From assembly GCA_964234715.1 (NCBI GenBank), contig OZ174284.1: DNA of 64,000 nucleotides. One strand, written 5' to 3'. The position numbers and the translations under genes are program-made. Below the pieces are notes generated by a model. The model was not told the origin of the DNA and searched no databases. It was given only the letters and a program-made list of their open reading frames with translations. Position 1 is the first letter of the stretch; every line of letters begins with the position of its first letter. This document shows, in pieces, positions 39,747 to 51,961 of this stretch. The stretch is from Podarcis melisellensis. Taxonomy: Eukaryota.

Positions 39747-41467
39747 GTAAGCATCTGGTGTGTTTTAGCAGTTCTTATTTGAAAATTTGCCTAATAGAAT
39801 GTTCCAATTCTCACAAAGCAAAAAAAAAGGAAATGAAAAAAGCTTCATCCCTGAAAATTCTGGAGTTTTAGGTCTCATAAAATATGGGTCCCTGATATTA
39901 GTATTCTCCTAAAGAATCTTCTCCAGGTGTGTAGGCTCATTCACTTAGCAGAACACTTGATAAAACCAAAGTATTTCCATCCTTTGAAATAACTGTTCTG
40001 AACTGGGATTAAGGGGAAGCACAGAGTTTTGAATGAAAATTCTTTTTTAAAAAATACAAACCTCTGCCTTATACCTAAAATTTCTGGGCTGCTGCATTTA
40101 AGTACCCTACAATAGCTTTGTCAGCTGGTCTGAAACTATGACCAGATAATTGGTTTTAACAGCTCTGTTCTGCTATTTGTTTTGTGAAGGATGCAAGCTA
40201 ACGAGGGAAAAGATGGTCCTTTTTAGTCTGCATCTGCTAGTGCGTGTTTTTAGAATGCAATCTACAGCTATTTCTGAAGTTCTGTTTTCAGAAGTTGTAA
40301 TACCTGAATTTAACAACACAAATTCACATTTGCAAATATCTTGGCCTTTGTGACAATGAAACATTTCCTGCTTTCCAGCCAGTCTAGAAACAATTAATGT
40401 TAGTGGAAAGGGGAGAATATTCAGTGGGAAATGACCAACTTCCTTAACATAGCAGTCTCTTTTCCATATGCTATGATCAACTTTCAATTGGAAAACTGCC
40501 ATATTCTGACTTTTTTGAACAATTGAATTAGTATGCTCCCTTTCAGTTAAGGCTGGAACACCACTGAATCATGGGAAGATGGATAGGGAAGTAAAAAGTG
40601 ATTGATTGGTAAATTTGCATACAATCTGGTTTGTTTGCAGGAAATAATTCTCTGCTTATTGGTAATTTCTGGCTCTTACATATCTCTGATTCATATAGTG
40701 CAGATTTCTGTGAAATGGAAGGGTGCATTGGTTTGATACATCAGAGATAATACACCTCCTACAAATTGATTTTAAAATTAGGATTTATTGAATCTCGCCC
40801 TCTGTGCCTATAACTCAATCTCTCTATATTTCTGAGTATTTTTGCCTGTAGGATGTCCCTCACTATTTCCTGTATCTGCAGTAGGCCTATAAAATGTACT
40901 GCAGGTGAAATGGTAAGTATGTAAAAAGGGCTCTGGTGAGTGGCCTTTGCAGAACATTTTTGAAAAATTAATTTTTAAGAAGCCTTTATTCATAAACACA
41001 GGGTTTTTCATTGCAAGGCTTTGTTTAAAGTGACACTAAACAGAAGTAAATGGAGTGTTACGGGTCAGAGACTAGCTGTGGACTCTTTCCAGTACTAATT
41101 TTTTACAGCAGAGGGCAGGCAGGGATGCTGAAACAAGCCTCATACCTCCTTTCTCACAAGGAGGAAAGGTAAGTGTGTCTAACAAGTATTTGGTTTGTAG
41201 TCTAGCTAGTCTCTTACTTTATTTTTCTCCGTTTATCTTCAACCTGGGATTCAATCATATACCATTATGAGTAAAATCTTCATATGTTCCCCCCGATTCT
41301 GTTCCACTATAATATATATAAATGGTGAACATAAAAACCTTTAACTGTTGGTTCCTCACTTCTTGCAAAGGCCTTGCAATGGAAGACCCATGGGATACGT
41401 TGATGAAACAGAGTGACTGAGGGTGTCCTCCCTCTTCTTTTTGCTTCCACTTCTTCTTTTCTCACAG

Positions 41468-41492
41468 GTCTACCCGTCTACTCCCTTCTGCG
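41468..41492 (+). other. WNK1: Candidate 25-nt alternative micro-exon / alternative acceptor upstream of exon 4
   Basis: About 40 nt polypyrimidine tract ending ctcacag at 41467; consensus donor CG|gtgagt at 41492/41493. Confidence 0.55.
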
Positions 41493-41559
41493 GTGAGTAA
41501 CGCCAGCAGCCTCTGCTCGCTTTGAGACATTTAGAGTCTGAATCGTTCTTTTAATTTAA

Positions 41560-41730
<171 letters not shown>

Positions 41731-43194
41731 TAACCATCTACAATTGTAGAGCTCCTACCACAGCTAACAAAAGATGTCTTCCTTCAGTGATAGAGGATGG
41801 GTAGCTTTGCAGCAGAGAAAAAGAAAAGAAAGCACACACTTGGGAAAATGTTGATGCTCTCTTTCCTAGCTCTACATTAAATGCAAGAGGTTGAATGCTA
41901 CAAAAAGGAAGAGCCACAGCCCACACTTAAAGCTCAGGTAGAAATCAGTTCTCTAATCCTACTGTTCATTGGCATTCATTCAGGAAAAGTTGCATAACCA
42001 GGTACTGTACCAAACTAAAATTGGATATTGGTGGAAATCTTTTGACCCTGTCAGTTTTTTCTTCATTACAAAACATTAACTTGAACATTAGCTCTTGATC
42101 TGAACAAATATGTTACAGAATGAAAGAATTATTATAGGCATGTGTTGCTTAACTAGGATTCTAAATACTTGTTTATACAAGCTGTAAGTAAAAGTTTAAA
42201 ATACTTTTGCCCTACCATTCAAGGAAATATTATTTTCCGTTGGTTTCCAGTGGAAATATCCTTATTTCTGTTTCAAGTCGTAGCATGCTTGCACAAATAT
42301 AGCTAAAGCTACCACCCTCATATGAGGGATAAACAGACTAGGGTAAGCTATAGGTTTGTGGGAGTACAAAAAAATAAGTGGTGGGAAGAAGCTCCCCTCC
42401 AAAAAACAACACCCAGGGAGAATTCAGTGGCTATAAAAAGCATTAGTAAAATCATTAAGCATTATTAATGTAGCTGAGATTGAGCCCAAGTGTTTCCACC
42501 AGGTCCATGAAGATGGGGGAGGGCAGCTGGGTACACTTTCTCTGGGCCCTGGAGGGCTAAGCTGACCGGGGGGGGGCAACCCAGGACCAGCTGCTTTTTT
42601 GTTTTTGAGGGTATAACTATAACAAGATTCCCACCCCAGGCCTCAGATAAGCTCTGCATGGGGCTGGTTTCCACCCCATGTTCCCCCCCAAATTGGTGGG
42701 AACCAAAATGGAGAAAACAACCCACCACATAGAAACCTCACTGATGTGCATCTGCATGACTCATTGTTCTAGACTTTCACTCCTTAGAACAGTGACTCGA
42801 GCAGAAATACCCAGGAGATGGCCTCCTTCGAGTGTGGCAAATTCATAGCCTTGCACATGAATAGGAAAGCTTTCCAAGTTCAGTAGCAAAGTTTGCCTCT
42901 CATATTCAGGGGAAAATAGTGTGTCTCCACAATTAAGAAACTTTGGGGAGAACTTAATGAAAATGGATGCGTGTTTCAGCCAGTGTTCAGTTCAGTTCAG
43001 TTCAATTCAATAAACAGTGCCTTTTGATAGTAACTCATAGTATTAAAAAATAATTTATCAAAGCACCAACCAGTGCCAGTTGAGATAATTCCTCTGGGAA
43101 GGGGCTTCCTCACTCAGTGCAGCAGCACCATCACAGGCAACAGATTTTTTTCCATTTCAGTCACAAAGGAGGTGGGAGTTAAGGCTAGTCAGCT

Positions 43195-43530
43195 GGTCTC
43201 ACCTAGGCCTGGATGGGACATGCGCTCCATTGCAAACAGAGCCTTTGAATTATTCTGGCCTTTTCTTCCTTGTTGGTGACTTCACTGCAGCTGTTTCCCT
43301 GAGCCACCTATAGGATGTTGCATCCCCCACCCCCCAAACTCGTTCTCAAAAGTCCACCTTTTCTATGAAGCCTTTGGCACAACCACATTATCTGTGGAAG
43401 CTAAGCCTAAGTGCAAATGAATTGAATACATTTTTCTACTTCCTTCCTCTATTGTTTTGCTTGTGTAGGATTTTAAACTTTTTGGGCAGGGACCAGCTGT
43501 CTTTTTTCTCTGTAAAGCACCATTCACACT
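43195..43530 (+). mobile_element. Degenerate L2-clade LINE 3' fragment
   Basis: acagagcctt... remnant and 3' end ...tgtaaagcacca; L2-like terminus. Confidence 0.4.
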
Positions 43531-45044
43531 GATGACACTGTGTGCAAGCCTACCTTTTAAAATAATAAACTGAATAGAATGCAGTGAACTTTATTATTAA
43601 AGTTTCTGTTTGTATTTTTTCTTTTAGCTGATGTTCTGTAGTACTGAAATTTTAACTCTGAAATTTGGTGTCTCTTATGTTGGTGACTCCAGGCAGCAGT
43701 GAGCAGCATCTTGTTTTGATGGTGGGGTTGCCTAGGGGTTTGACTCCCCACCCCCTCCCCACCTTCATCCTAGAATGGAATTTCTCTTGTCACCCTCATC
43801 AGAGGGCTATGAAATGTGCACTAAAGTGGGATAAATTTGGACATACTATGGGGCCTTAGGGGGAAGGGTGGGTGATTAATAATAATAATAAGTGAGTGTG
43901 ATTGTGCAGAGCAGAGGGAAAGCTTTGGTATACTGGGGCAAGTTAGAAAGAGGAAGATCAAGCCTTGTATGCAGGCCAAATTCGGTTCAGGGTGGCATAC
44001 ACATTGCAGATTTAGGCATACCGGTAACCCACAACATGAAGGGTCAAGTTAGAAAAGAGAATCAGAGACTATAATCCATTTCATTTCACTTTTGCCTTTT
44101 AAATTCATTCATAGGAAATAGTGTTTCTGTAACGTTCCTGAAATAGGGAATGATTCTATTGGGTTTACAACTGAGCAGGGCAAAAAGCAATTAAAGTTCA
44201 GCAGAAACAGTTTAAGGTAAACCAACTTCATTATTCGCATGAGCTAAATAAAGAGAACCAAAAGCAAGACAAAACTACCAGTAATGCAGCTGCAGAAATC
44301 AGGGTAGTTATTGTTTCGCCTTTATTTTGTCTTGCCTCTCTGCATGAGTTTGTATGTCAAACAGCAAAGATCTGAAGATCAGAAATCAGACTTGTAACTG
44401 TACAGGCAAAAGTAATTTATTTTAATCCTTTGTGAATACAATGAGTAATACAACTTCCAAGCTACTTCAGAAGTATGCAGAGCTCCTGGGGCTAAAACGT
44501 TAGGTATGCTGGCCTCCTGTATTTCCATACAAATGTGTGTAAAAGATCCAGGTTTATTGCTAATCTCCCAGGGCTACACTAAATACTTAACCATGAATGG
44601 ATACAAGTTGTTTTGGAGTTTGGTACTTGTTAAAGGACAAACTGTCCTTGAGTTTCCTGCATCTTTTTTAACCTTTCAAACCTCTGCATGGAAGCTGTTT
44701 TTCAACATCATGCTAAACCATAGTTTAGCATGAAGTGAATGAGCCTAGGTGAGCCTCAGTCTTGCATTCTCCTCTTCTCTCACTCAGCTGGGCAGAGGTT
44801 TGAAAGCTTTGGCTGTACTAGTTTGTTCCACCCAATCTGGCAAACATTAATGTTCCTTGAAACAAGTTGGCTTGTTACAAACATCATAGTTCTCATTAAG
44901 AAGTTTGTTGATCTGGACAAATAATGAAAAAGTGGAAGCATCTGTCTGCTCTCAGCTGTGTGGAGGAGGAGAGAGATCATGTATGTGTGAGATTAAGGCT
45001 CACCTAAGCTTGTTCGTGTCACTGAAGCTACAGTATAGTGTAGG

Positions 45045-45178
45045 AGTGTGGAATTTATGCCACTCCAAAGTAGCTGGACTGTCAACTCGCATCAGCCCAA
45101 GCTATTGTGGTTAATGGTAAAGGATGATGGGTGTTGTAGTCTAGCAATATCTGGAGTGCCACAGGCTCCCCATGCCTG
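45045..45178. mobile_element. Small hAT-type MITE (ggactacaactcccatc family)
   Basis: Internal inverted motif ctggactgtcaactcgcatca / gatgatgggtgttgtagtctag and end ccacaggctccccatgcctg. Related copies at ~32610-32680, ~53840-53950 and ~57945-58064. Confidence 0.6.
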
Positions 45179-45825
45179 GTTCAGCACAATGCCCAAACTT
45201 GGCCTGAGTCCGTTATATGGGACTAGCAATTTTGTTTCATAGCTCTTCTGGTGATGCAGGTTTTTCTGTATTTCCTATAGGATTGTTTTGTACAATTCAG
45301 CATTAATTGGTTCAGTGACTTAGATATTGTCCAGAATTTCCATATAAGTTTGCTGCTTTCCACAATGTGTGGAAAATAAGGTAGATTCAGATAATTGGAG
45401 TGATTTCAGTGATTCCAAGGTTTAGTTAATTGTATGATGTTATCTTCAATTGTTCACATAGGCAATAGGTTTTATTTATGGACAACTTAATATATACATA
45501 GAACCATAGAATCATATCTTAAAATAGCACATCTGTCTTAAAATGTTAGGCTTTATGTTTAAGTTCTAGGATTAATTCATTAAGAACCTCGTTATGGATG
45601 TTTGCTCAGGAGGAAATCCCATTAAGTTCAGGAAGACTCCAGTAACCACCTCACAGAACTAGTCCAGGAGGATATTGCTGTCGGTGGTATCAAAAAATTC
45701 CAACAGATTGAAAAGTAGGAGCCAGAGATGCATTCTCCTTGCCTTGTTCTTGGTACAGGTCATCAGGGCAACAGAGGCTGATTTAGTCACCAAACCAAGC
45801 CTGATTCCAGATAGAACTGGATCCA

Positions 45826-46300
45826 GATAGTTTGTATTCAAGGACTGCTTCTCCCCATATGAACCAACTCAAACCATGCTAATATCATCTGAAACCCTTC
45901 TTCGTGTGCTTCTTCCATGAGAGGTCTGGAGGGTGGCAACACGAGGACAGGCCTTTTCTGCGATGGCTCCCTGTTTCTGGAATGCTGTTCCCAGGAGGCT
46001 CATCTCGTGCCTTCTTTACTTACTTTTAGGTGCCAGATGAAAACGTTTCTCTGTAACCAGACCATTGGCTGATTAAACAATCTATGGCCTTTTAAATGTT
46101 CTTGTGGAAGGGGGCAGTAATGGGTTTGTTTTCTTTTTCTCGCTATGTATTTTGTGTAATCATTTTGTGTTTCTTGTTGTAAACTGCCCTATGATCTATG
46201 AAGGGTGGTATACAAATTAAAACAAAATGAACCAAATGAACAAACCATATGAATGAACAAACGAACAAAAAAACCAAATGAACCAAAACCAAATGAACAA
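45826..46300 (+). mobile_element. L2-clade LINE 3' fragment with degenerate (AAATGAAC)-like tail
   Basis: acaggccttttctgcgatggctccctgtttctggaatgct (RAFS.MAP..WNA); homologous to 5308-5645; simple-repeat tail at 46220-46300. Confidence 0.7.
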
Positions 46301-46839
46301 ACAAAATATCCTGCAGCTCCTTTGCCACCACCTTGCCCAAGAAGCGAGTTGGTGACCAGGTGGTACTTATTGTAAACCTCTTCAAGAGTGAATGTGCCAC
46401 TGCTTTTTTAAGACCAGCAAGCCCCACTTCATTGCACAGTGGCATGTTCTCCACACCCTGGACTGACCTGATCAGCCCCCCCACCCCACCTGGCTTTCAT
46501 CAGCCAGAATGGGTAGCGTTCAAGAGAGCTTGCTCCATCATTGCAAGAGTCATGCTCACCTTCGCAAAGGGGTTTTTTTAAAAAAATGAAACTCTGCAGA
46601 GGTCTATGGCAGTTTTAAACTATTTAAAGGTGGCCAAAACATGTTGAGTGTGTTTTGCTCCTGATGGTTCTTGAATCTGTACTGTATAAAGAAACCATCT
46701 TATCTATTATGCTATTGCACTTTGTTATTATAGTACTGAATTTTGCTACTGACCCATGTCCTCATTGAACTTAGGGCCAAGATAGTGATATCTAAATGTG
46801 TGAATGCATTTAACTTGCTGACTTCTCTCCTCCTCCCAT

Positions 46840-47247
46840 TTATTGTTGTTTAGTCATTTAGTCATGTCAGACTCTTTGTGACCCCATGGGCCAGGGCACG
46901 CCAGGCACTTCTGTCTTCCACTGCCTCCCGCAGTTTGGTCAAACTCATTGTAGTTTCGAGAACACTGTCCAACCATCTCGTCCTTTGTCGTCCCCTTCTC
47001 CTTGTGCCCTCAATCTTTCCCAACACCAGGATCTTTTCCAGGGAGTCTTCTCTTCTCATGAGGTGGCCAAAGTATTGGAGCCTCAGCTTCACGATCTGTC
47101 CTTCCAGTGAGCACTCGGGGCTGATTTCCTTCAGAATGGAGAGGTTAGATCTTCTTGCAGTCCATGGAACTCTCAAGAGTCTCCTCCAGCACCATAATTC
47201 AAAAGCATCAATTCTTCGGAGATCAGCCTTCTTTATGATCCAGCTCA
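46840..47247 (-). mobile_element. BovB / RTE-clade LINE, 5'-truncated 3' end
   Basis: Open minus frame WIIKKADLRRIDAFELWCWRRLLRVPWTARRSNLSILKEISPECSLEGQIVKLRLQYFGHLMRREDSLEK.L.LGKIEG.RRRGRQR.RWLD...WRA..HGVTKS; (CAA)n tail; candidate TSD CCTCCCAT at 46832-46839 and 47251-47258. Confidence 0.95.
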
Positions 47248-48960
47248 CCCCCTCCCATAAGATGCCATTAATGCCAATACCTGCTTCATCAGTACTGCAA
47301 TGTTTGTGAGGAATAATTAAATCTCTCCTCCCCATACTCTGCAGTTGTGATCTCCCTGTGCCTTTAAAAACCTTTTTAAAAAGTTTGACTGTCATCATGA
47401 ATTTAATGTTTTGTCTATCTTGACTGTTGGCCATTTTTTTGTACATGTTTGCCCATATAATGCCACTAATTGTCTAGGAATGAAACTGGGCTGAATATAT
47501 TTAATCTGGTCTTTTAGAACGATCAGTTCCCACATGCGTTTTCCCCACTTAATGCAAACAGCTATCACAGATGAAACATTATAGATGGAGCTTCTGTATG
47601 ACTGTACTTTCTACAGAGGAGGTTCACACATTTAACTGCAAGTCAACTGACAAGTCATCACAGGACTAGTTCATTTGCATTTTTAAAGTTTCTACCCCCT
47701 ACGTTCAGTTCTAGCAATCAAAATAAGCTGTGAATCTGTCTCTTTAGTGGAGATTTATAAGGTAACATAGGGCATTTCATTCATCCAAGCAACACTTTAA
47801 TGAAAGTATCTGCTGTAAAGTGTTGAAATAGGTATGGACTGTGGAGTCAAAGATGTGTAGGAGATCCTAAAATGGAACTATATTTGAGACTTGACTGTCT
47901 CTACACTGCAGTGAAGGTAACCTCCCTCTGAACAAAATTACTGTAACCAATTCATAAACTGATTTGTGAATCCTCGGGGATCTGATGATGATTACTTGTT
48001 TGATTACTTGGATTTACTAGGCTAGGATATAATAACCCAAACACATCAGGAAAGTAATTTCAGATTCACTCCAGGGCCAGATCCACATTGCAGCCCTTTG
48101 CCTTTCTGAGGCAGCAGTGTGCCAGGATTAGTGCATTAGAAAGTGGGAGGATCTACATGGCATTTGAAAGGTTGTCACCCCCACCCACCCTGGGGCCATG
48201 CAAGTGCCTGTGTGCATTTGGGTAGATGGCCATGCACAGACAGTGCACCATTTGTCTCGTCATGAGCAGTACAGGATCTGCATCCTGCTCTAGCCCCAGT
48301 GGTCCCTGAAGGGAACCCCAACCAAGGTTCACAATGTGAACTCACAGAGTATAATTCCCAGAATGGAACTGAAATGTCGAGAGAGAGAGGGAAGATGGGG
48401 GGTAGAGGCAGAGGCAGAGCCAGCTATCAGAGGAATTCAGTGCCTGCTTCATAAGCACTGTTCCACGTCATCACTGATCTTCCTTCCACCTTCCACTGTG
48501 TATTACACTGCCAGTTGACCCCACTCACTACTTCATCCTTCACTGTTTGTCTCCTCTCATGCTTATGCCTAATTCCCCCTTTCACATACTGCCTCCAGCA
48601 GAGCAACAAGTTCAGCCCACCCTCTGGATATGTTTAAGGAAGTGCAATGACTAGCAGTGTTAATAAGTGAGAACCACATTGGATTTATGAAGATGCACAT
48701 TGTGAAGTAACTCCACACACCCCCATCATAATATGACCATTCACTTGATAGGAATAAACTGGAGAACAAAACTTCCCAGACGTACACTGGAAAATCAAAG
48801 ATGGGGATGAAGGTGGGGAAAGGAGAGTCAAACTGGTTGTGCAGGATAAAAGCTCTTATGATGAAGACAGTACTGCAGTGCTGGTTCACAAAATGTGGAC
48901 TATAGTGGTAAAATTCAGTATCTCTAAGGCATGGAAAGTATTCTGAGAAATCCTGAAATA

Positions 48961-49542
48961 CTGTATTTTTCGCTCCATAAGATGCACTTTTTCCCTCCTA
49001 AAAAGTAAGGGGAAATTTGTGTGCGTCTTATGAAGCGAATGTAGGAGGGAGGCAGGCAGGAAAAGCCCCTGAAAGCCGCACATAAGCTCAGCGCGGCTCT
49101 TGCAGGCTTTTCCCCAGTAGGGGGAATGGATTGATGCGGCCAGTCAGTCCCTTCTCCTTCCTCGTAGAAAAGCCCGCAGGAGCCACGCGCTCCTTAAAGG
49201 GTGCACGGCTCCTGTGGGCTTTTGTGGGAGGTGGGGGAATTGCCATAGCCGCGCGCAGCCTCTCTTGGTCGGAGAGGCTGCGCACGGCCAAAGAAGCCAA
49301 GACAGCGAGCGGGATGGATCTCGCTCGCTGTCTTGGCTTCTTTGCTCTTTGGGGCTGGGGGGGGGGACCCGGGCTTCCCCCGGCAGCCACAAGAAGCTCT
49401 GGGAGAAGCGGACAGGCTGCGCACAGCCTATCCGTTGCTCTTTGGGGCTGGGGGTGGGGAAATAATATTTTTTCTTGATTTCCCCCTCTAAAAACTAGGT
49501 GTGCCTTATAGTCAGGTGCGCCTTATGGAGCGAAAAATACGG
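48961..49542. mobile_element. Tc1/mariner (Tc2/pogo-like) non-autonomous element, CpG-rich
   Basis: TA|CTGTATTTTTCGCTCCATAAG ... CTTATGGAGCGAAAAATACGG|TA (21-bp TIR, 1 mismatch). Confidence 0.9.
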
Positions 49543-50589
49543 TAAAATGTGTTCATACCACTAAGTAGGGGTGAGTATTATGTGCATTACTAGGGCATAG
49601 CAAGCTGTAATACCAGTAAGAAAAAAAACCATAATTTGGATTGGATATTGATATTTAAAATTGAAGTTTAGCTGGGCAAGCTGTAGAGTCAGGAATGAAG
49701 TGGTTAAGCATGGATTGGGTAACATAACAGAAATTTGCATTTCATAAGATGCATGGAGTAAATTAAATTACCTTGCATAGTATTGCCTCAGGGTTGGGAG
49801 GAAGGGGTTAACTTTGTTTTCCATTAGGATCATGAGTTCTTTTAACATTTCCTTTAACGGTTTGTAGCAGCCTACATCTAGCTCAAACCAGTACAGTACT
49901 GAAATAGCTTAGTAAAAAAGTAATGGAGATTTTTCAAAGTACCTTGCAGCTTGACTCTAGAGTTCATGGGCCAACATAATTAATGGCAAAGTCTAAAAGA
50001 AGATTAAAGCAATTAGAGTAAAATTCCTTTCAGACTCTATTGTTAATCCCCTTGTTTGGGGGAAATCCTAAATACCATTATCAGCTATCATAACTTTCTT
50101 AGCACTTCCATGTAGGAAACTGCATGTAAATTGTGCACAAATAGTTGTGTGTGATCTCACGGGAGGGCAGTAGCCACGGGTTGTGGCTTCCTGATGTGGA
50201 TACACAGTGACACAGATGCATATTCAATTAACTACATGTGATCTGAATGTGATCTTGCATGAGTTTCTTGTATATCTAAAATTGGAAAAAGTTTCCAATC
50301 TTCTTACAATCCCTCCCCTCCCTTAGCAGTCCTGCTGGCACGGTCACTCGTCTATCTTTTCTATGAAACCTGCCGCTGCTATGCACCAACATGGTATCTA
50401 GCAGACTGGTGTCTTTTCAGTAGAAAGACTTGGATTGTTTTATGGATGTTCTCATCTGAATCCCAGTTAAAATGGGCATGTGATGAGTCAGTGTGGAAAA
50501 GCAATGTCATGTTTTGTCTTGCCCAGTAGCTTGGGAAGAACAAGGGGCTAAGAGTGTATTAAAGGTGCTCTCCAGCTTTGGCAGAGGTA

Positions 50590-51150
50590 GCTGATGTTCT
50601 CAGTTATATTCAACATTCAAAATTAGCTGGGCCTTTTGCGACTGGATGGAGATGTTCAGGAGTCACCCTTGGCGCCTAGCATCTCCACCTTTCTGGGTGC
50701 AGTCAGCTGGTCTGCAGGGGACAGCAGCAGCAGCAGCAGCAGCAAAATACACTTGTCTTTTGTTGTGACACCACCCCGGCAAACACCTGATTTGCACAGC
50801 AGCACAGCAGCAAAAGATGTGCCTAATTTTGCTGCTGAGCTGCTGGGCAAATCAGGTGTTTGGTGGGGTACTGTGCTACCCTGCAGACCCCCTGATTTAC
50901 CAGGTAGCAAATAAAAATAAAATAAATTGCTGCCAGGTGAATCAGGTGTTTGGTGGGGCAGAGCAGTAACAAAAGACGTGTCTACTCTGCAGACCCCTGA
51001 TCTACCTGGCAGCATTTTTTATTTTTTACTGCAGGGCTGCCTGGTCTGCTAGTGGAGCAGCCCCCTATCCCAATGGTGTCTAGACATTTTGTTTTGGTGC
51101 CCACAACCTAGGTCCCAGGAGCCACATGGCTCCCAGCATTCATATCCCAG
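50590..51150 (+). mobile_element. Hairpin-rich modular repeat (probable hAT-type non-autonomous element)
   Basis: Repeated and inverted modules aaacacctgattt / aaatcaggtgtttggtgggg / ctgcagacccctgat; (CAG)7 at 50722-50742; homologous to 32340-32607. Boundaries approximate. Confidence 0.55.
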
Positions 51151-51806
51151 TTTCTAACAATGGTATTTTAGTGCTACATGTGGTTTCCTTGTAAAACTTT
51201 TCAACAGTCCATAAGATAACTGGCAAAAGAGCAAAATGTAGAGGCATAGGTAAATGCAGGGACGTAGTTCCATTATTTGCTCTCAGTGCGGAGTAAAATT
51301 AGAAAATAGGTTGTGTGACTACTTGTAAAAAGAATACAGTAATCTAGGTAGAAAGAGGAGTTTGACTAAGTAGCTGCGTTTGACTAAGTAACATCCTAGT
51401 GGTGCTATCAGATTAATTAATACAATTGCTATAATGCCAGTCAAGTGGTTGTGCCTTAAATTATAAATTATAAATAGAATCATCAAGACACTTCAGTTTC
51501 AGCTACATTCTTTTTAATACTCTGCATGATAGAACAGGGAAGCTTGGACAGAGTCTATTCTGGGTTTTGCAAAAGAAGATGCCAATTTGCCTGAAATAGC
51601 AGGGAAGGATGAAATGGGAGGAGCCCTAAGAAGGCTTACCTGTTCCATGGCATTTATTATTGCTGTGTGTCAAGGGGCTTGGCCAGTGGAAAACAGAGTT
51701 CTGATTTCTACAGGCTGACACAGGATGAGGGAAGGCAAAACTGTAGAGAAGACTATGCTTCCTTCAAAGCTTTACCCCTGCTTTCCTTCTGCCGTGCGTT
51801 AAGTGT

Positions 51807-51828
51807 TAACCCTAACCCTAACCCTAAC
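51807..51828. repeat. Short telomere-type repeat (TAACCC)3+TAAC
   Basis: taaccctaaccctaaccctaac seen directly. Confidence 0.85.
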
Positions 51829-51874
51829 AGTCCATTCTCCTTTTGCGTGCACATATTTGCCTCTGAGTCTCCTA

Positions 51875-51961
51875 ATGGATCTTTCCAAGAGAGATTTTTG
51901 CCCAGTGTTTGTCATCATAAATTCACACTGCTGTTGTTCTCACACAGACTGTGGTAAAGAG
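51875..51961 (+). CDS. WNK1: WNK1 exon 4a coding part (alternative first exon of kinase-defective kidney-specific KS-WNK1), 29 aa
   Basis: ATG...GAG|gtaaga encodes MDLSKRDFCPVFVIINSHCCCSHTDCGKE, matching the known exon-4a cysteine-rich hydrophobic motif (DFCxVFVIINSHCCC). Lies in intron 4; phase 0 donor joins exon 5 in frame. The 5' UTR boundary is unknown. Confidence 0.95.

Noticed and set aside
46862-47446. 194-aa minus-strand ORF as a host gene
   Set aside because: BovB RT C-terminus fused by chance to flanking intron sequence.
49088-49478. Cluster of four overlapping ORFs on both strands
   Set aside because: All lie within the GC-rich interior of a non-autonomous transposon; no transposase motifs.
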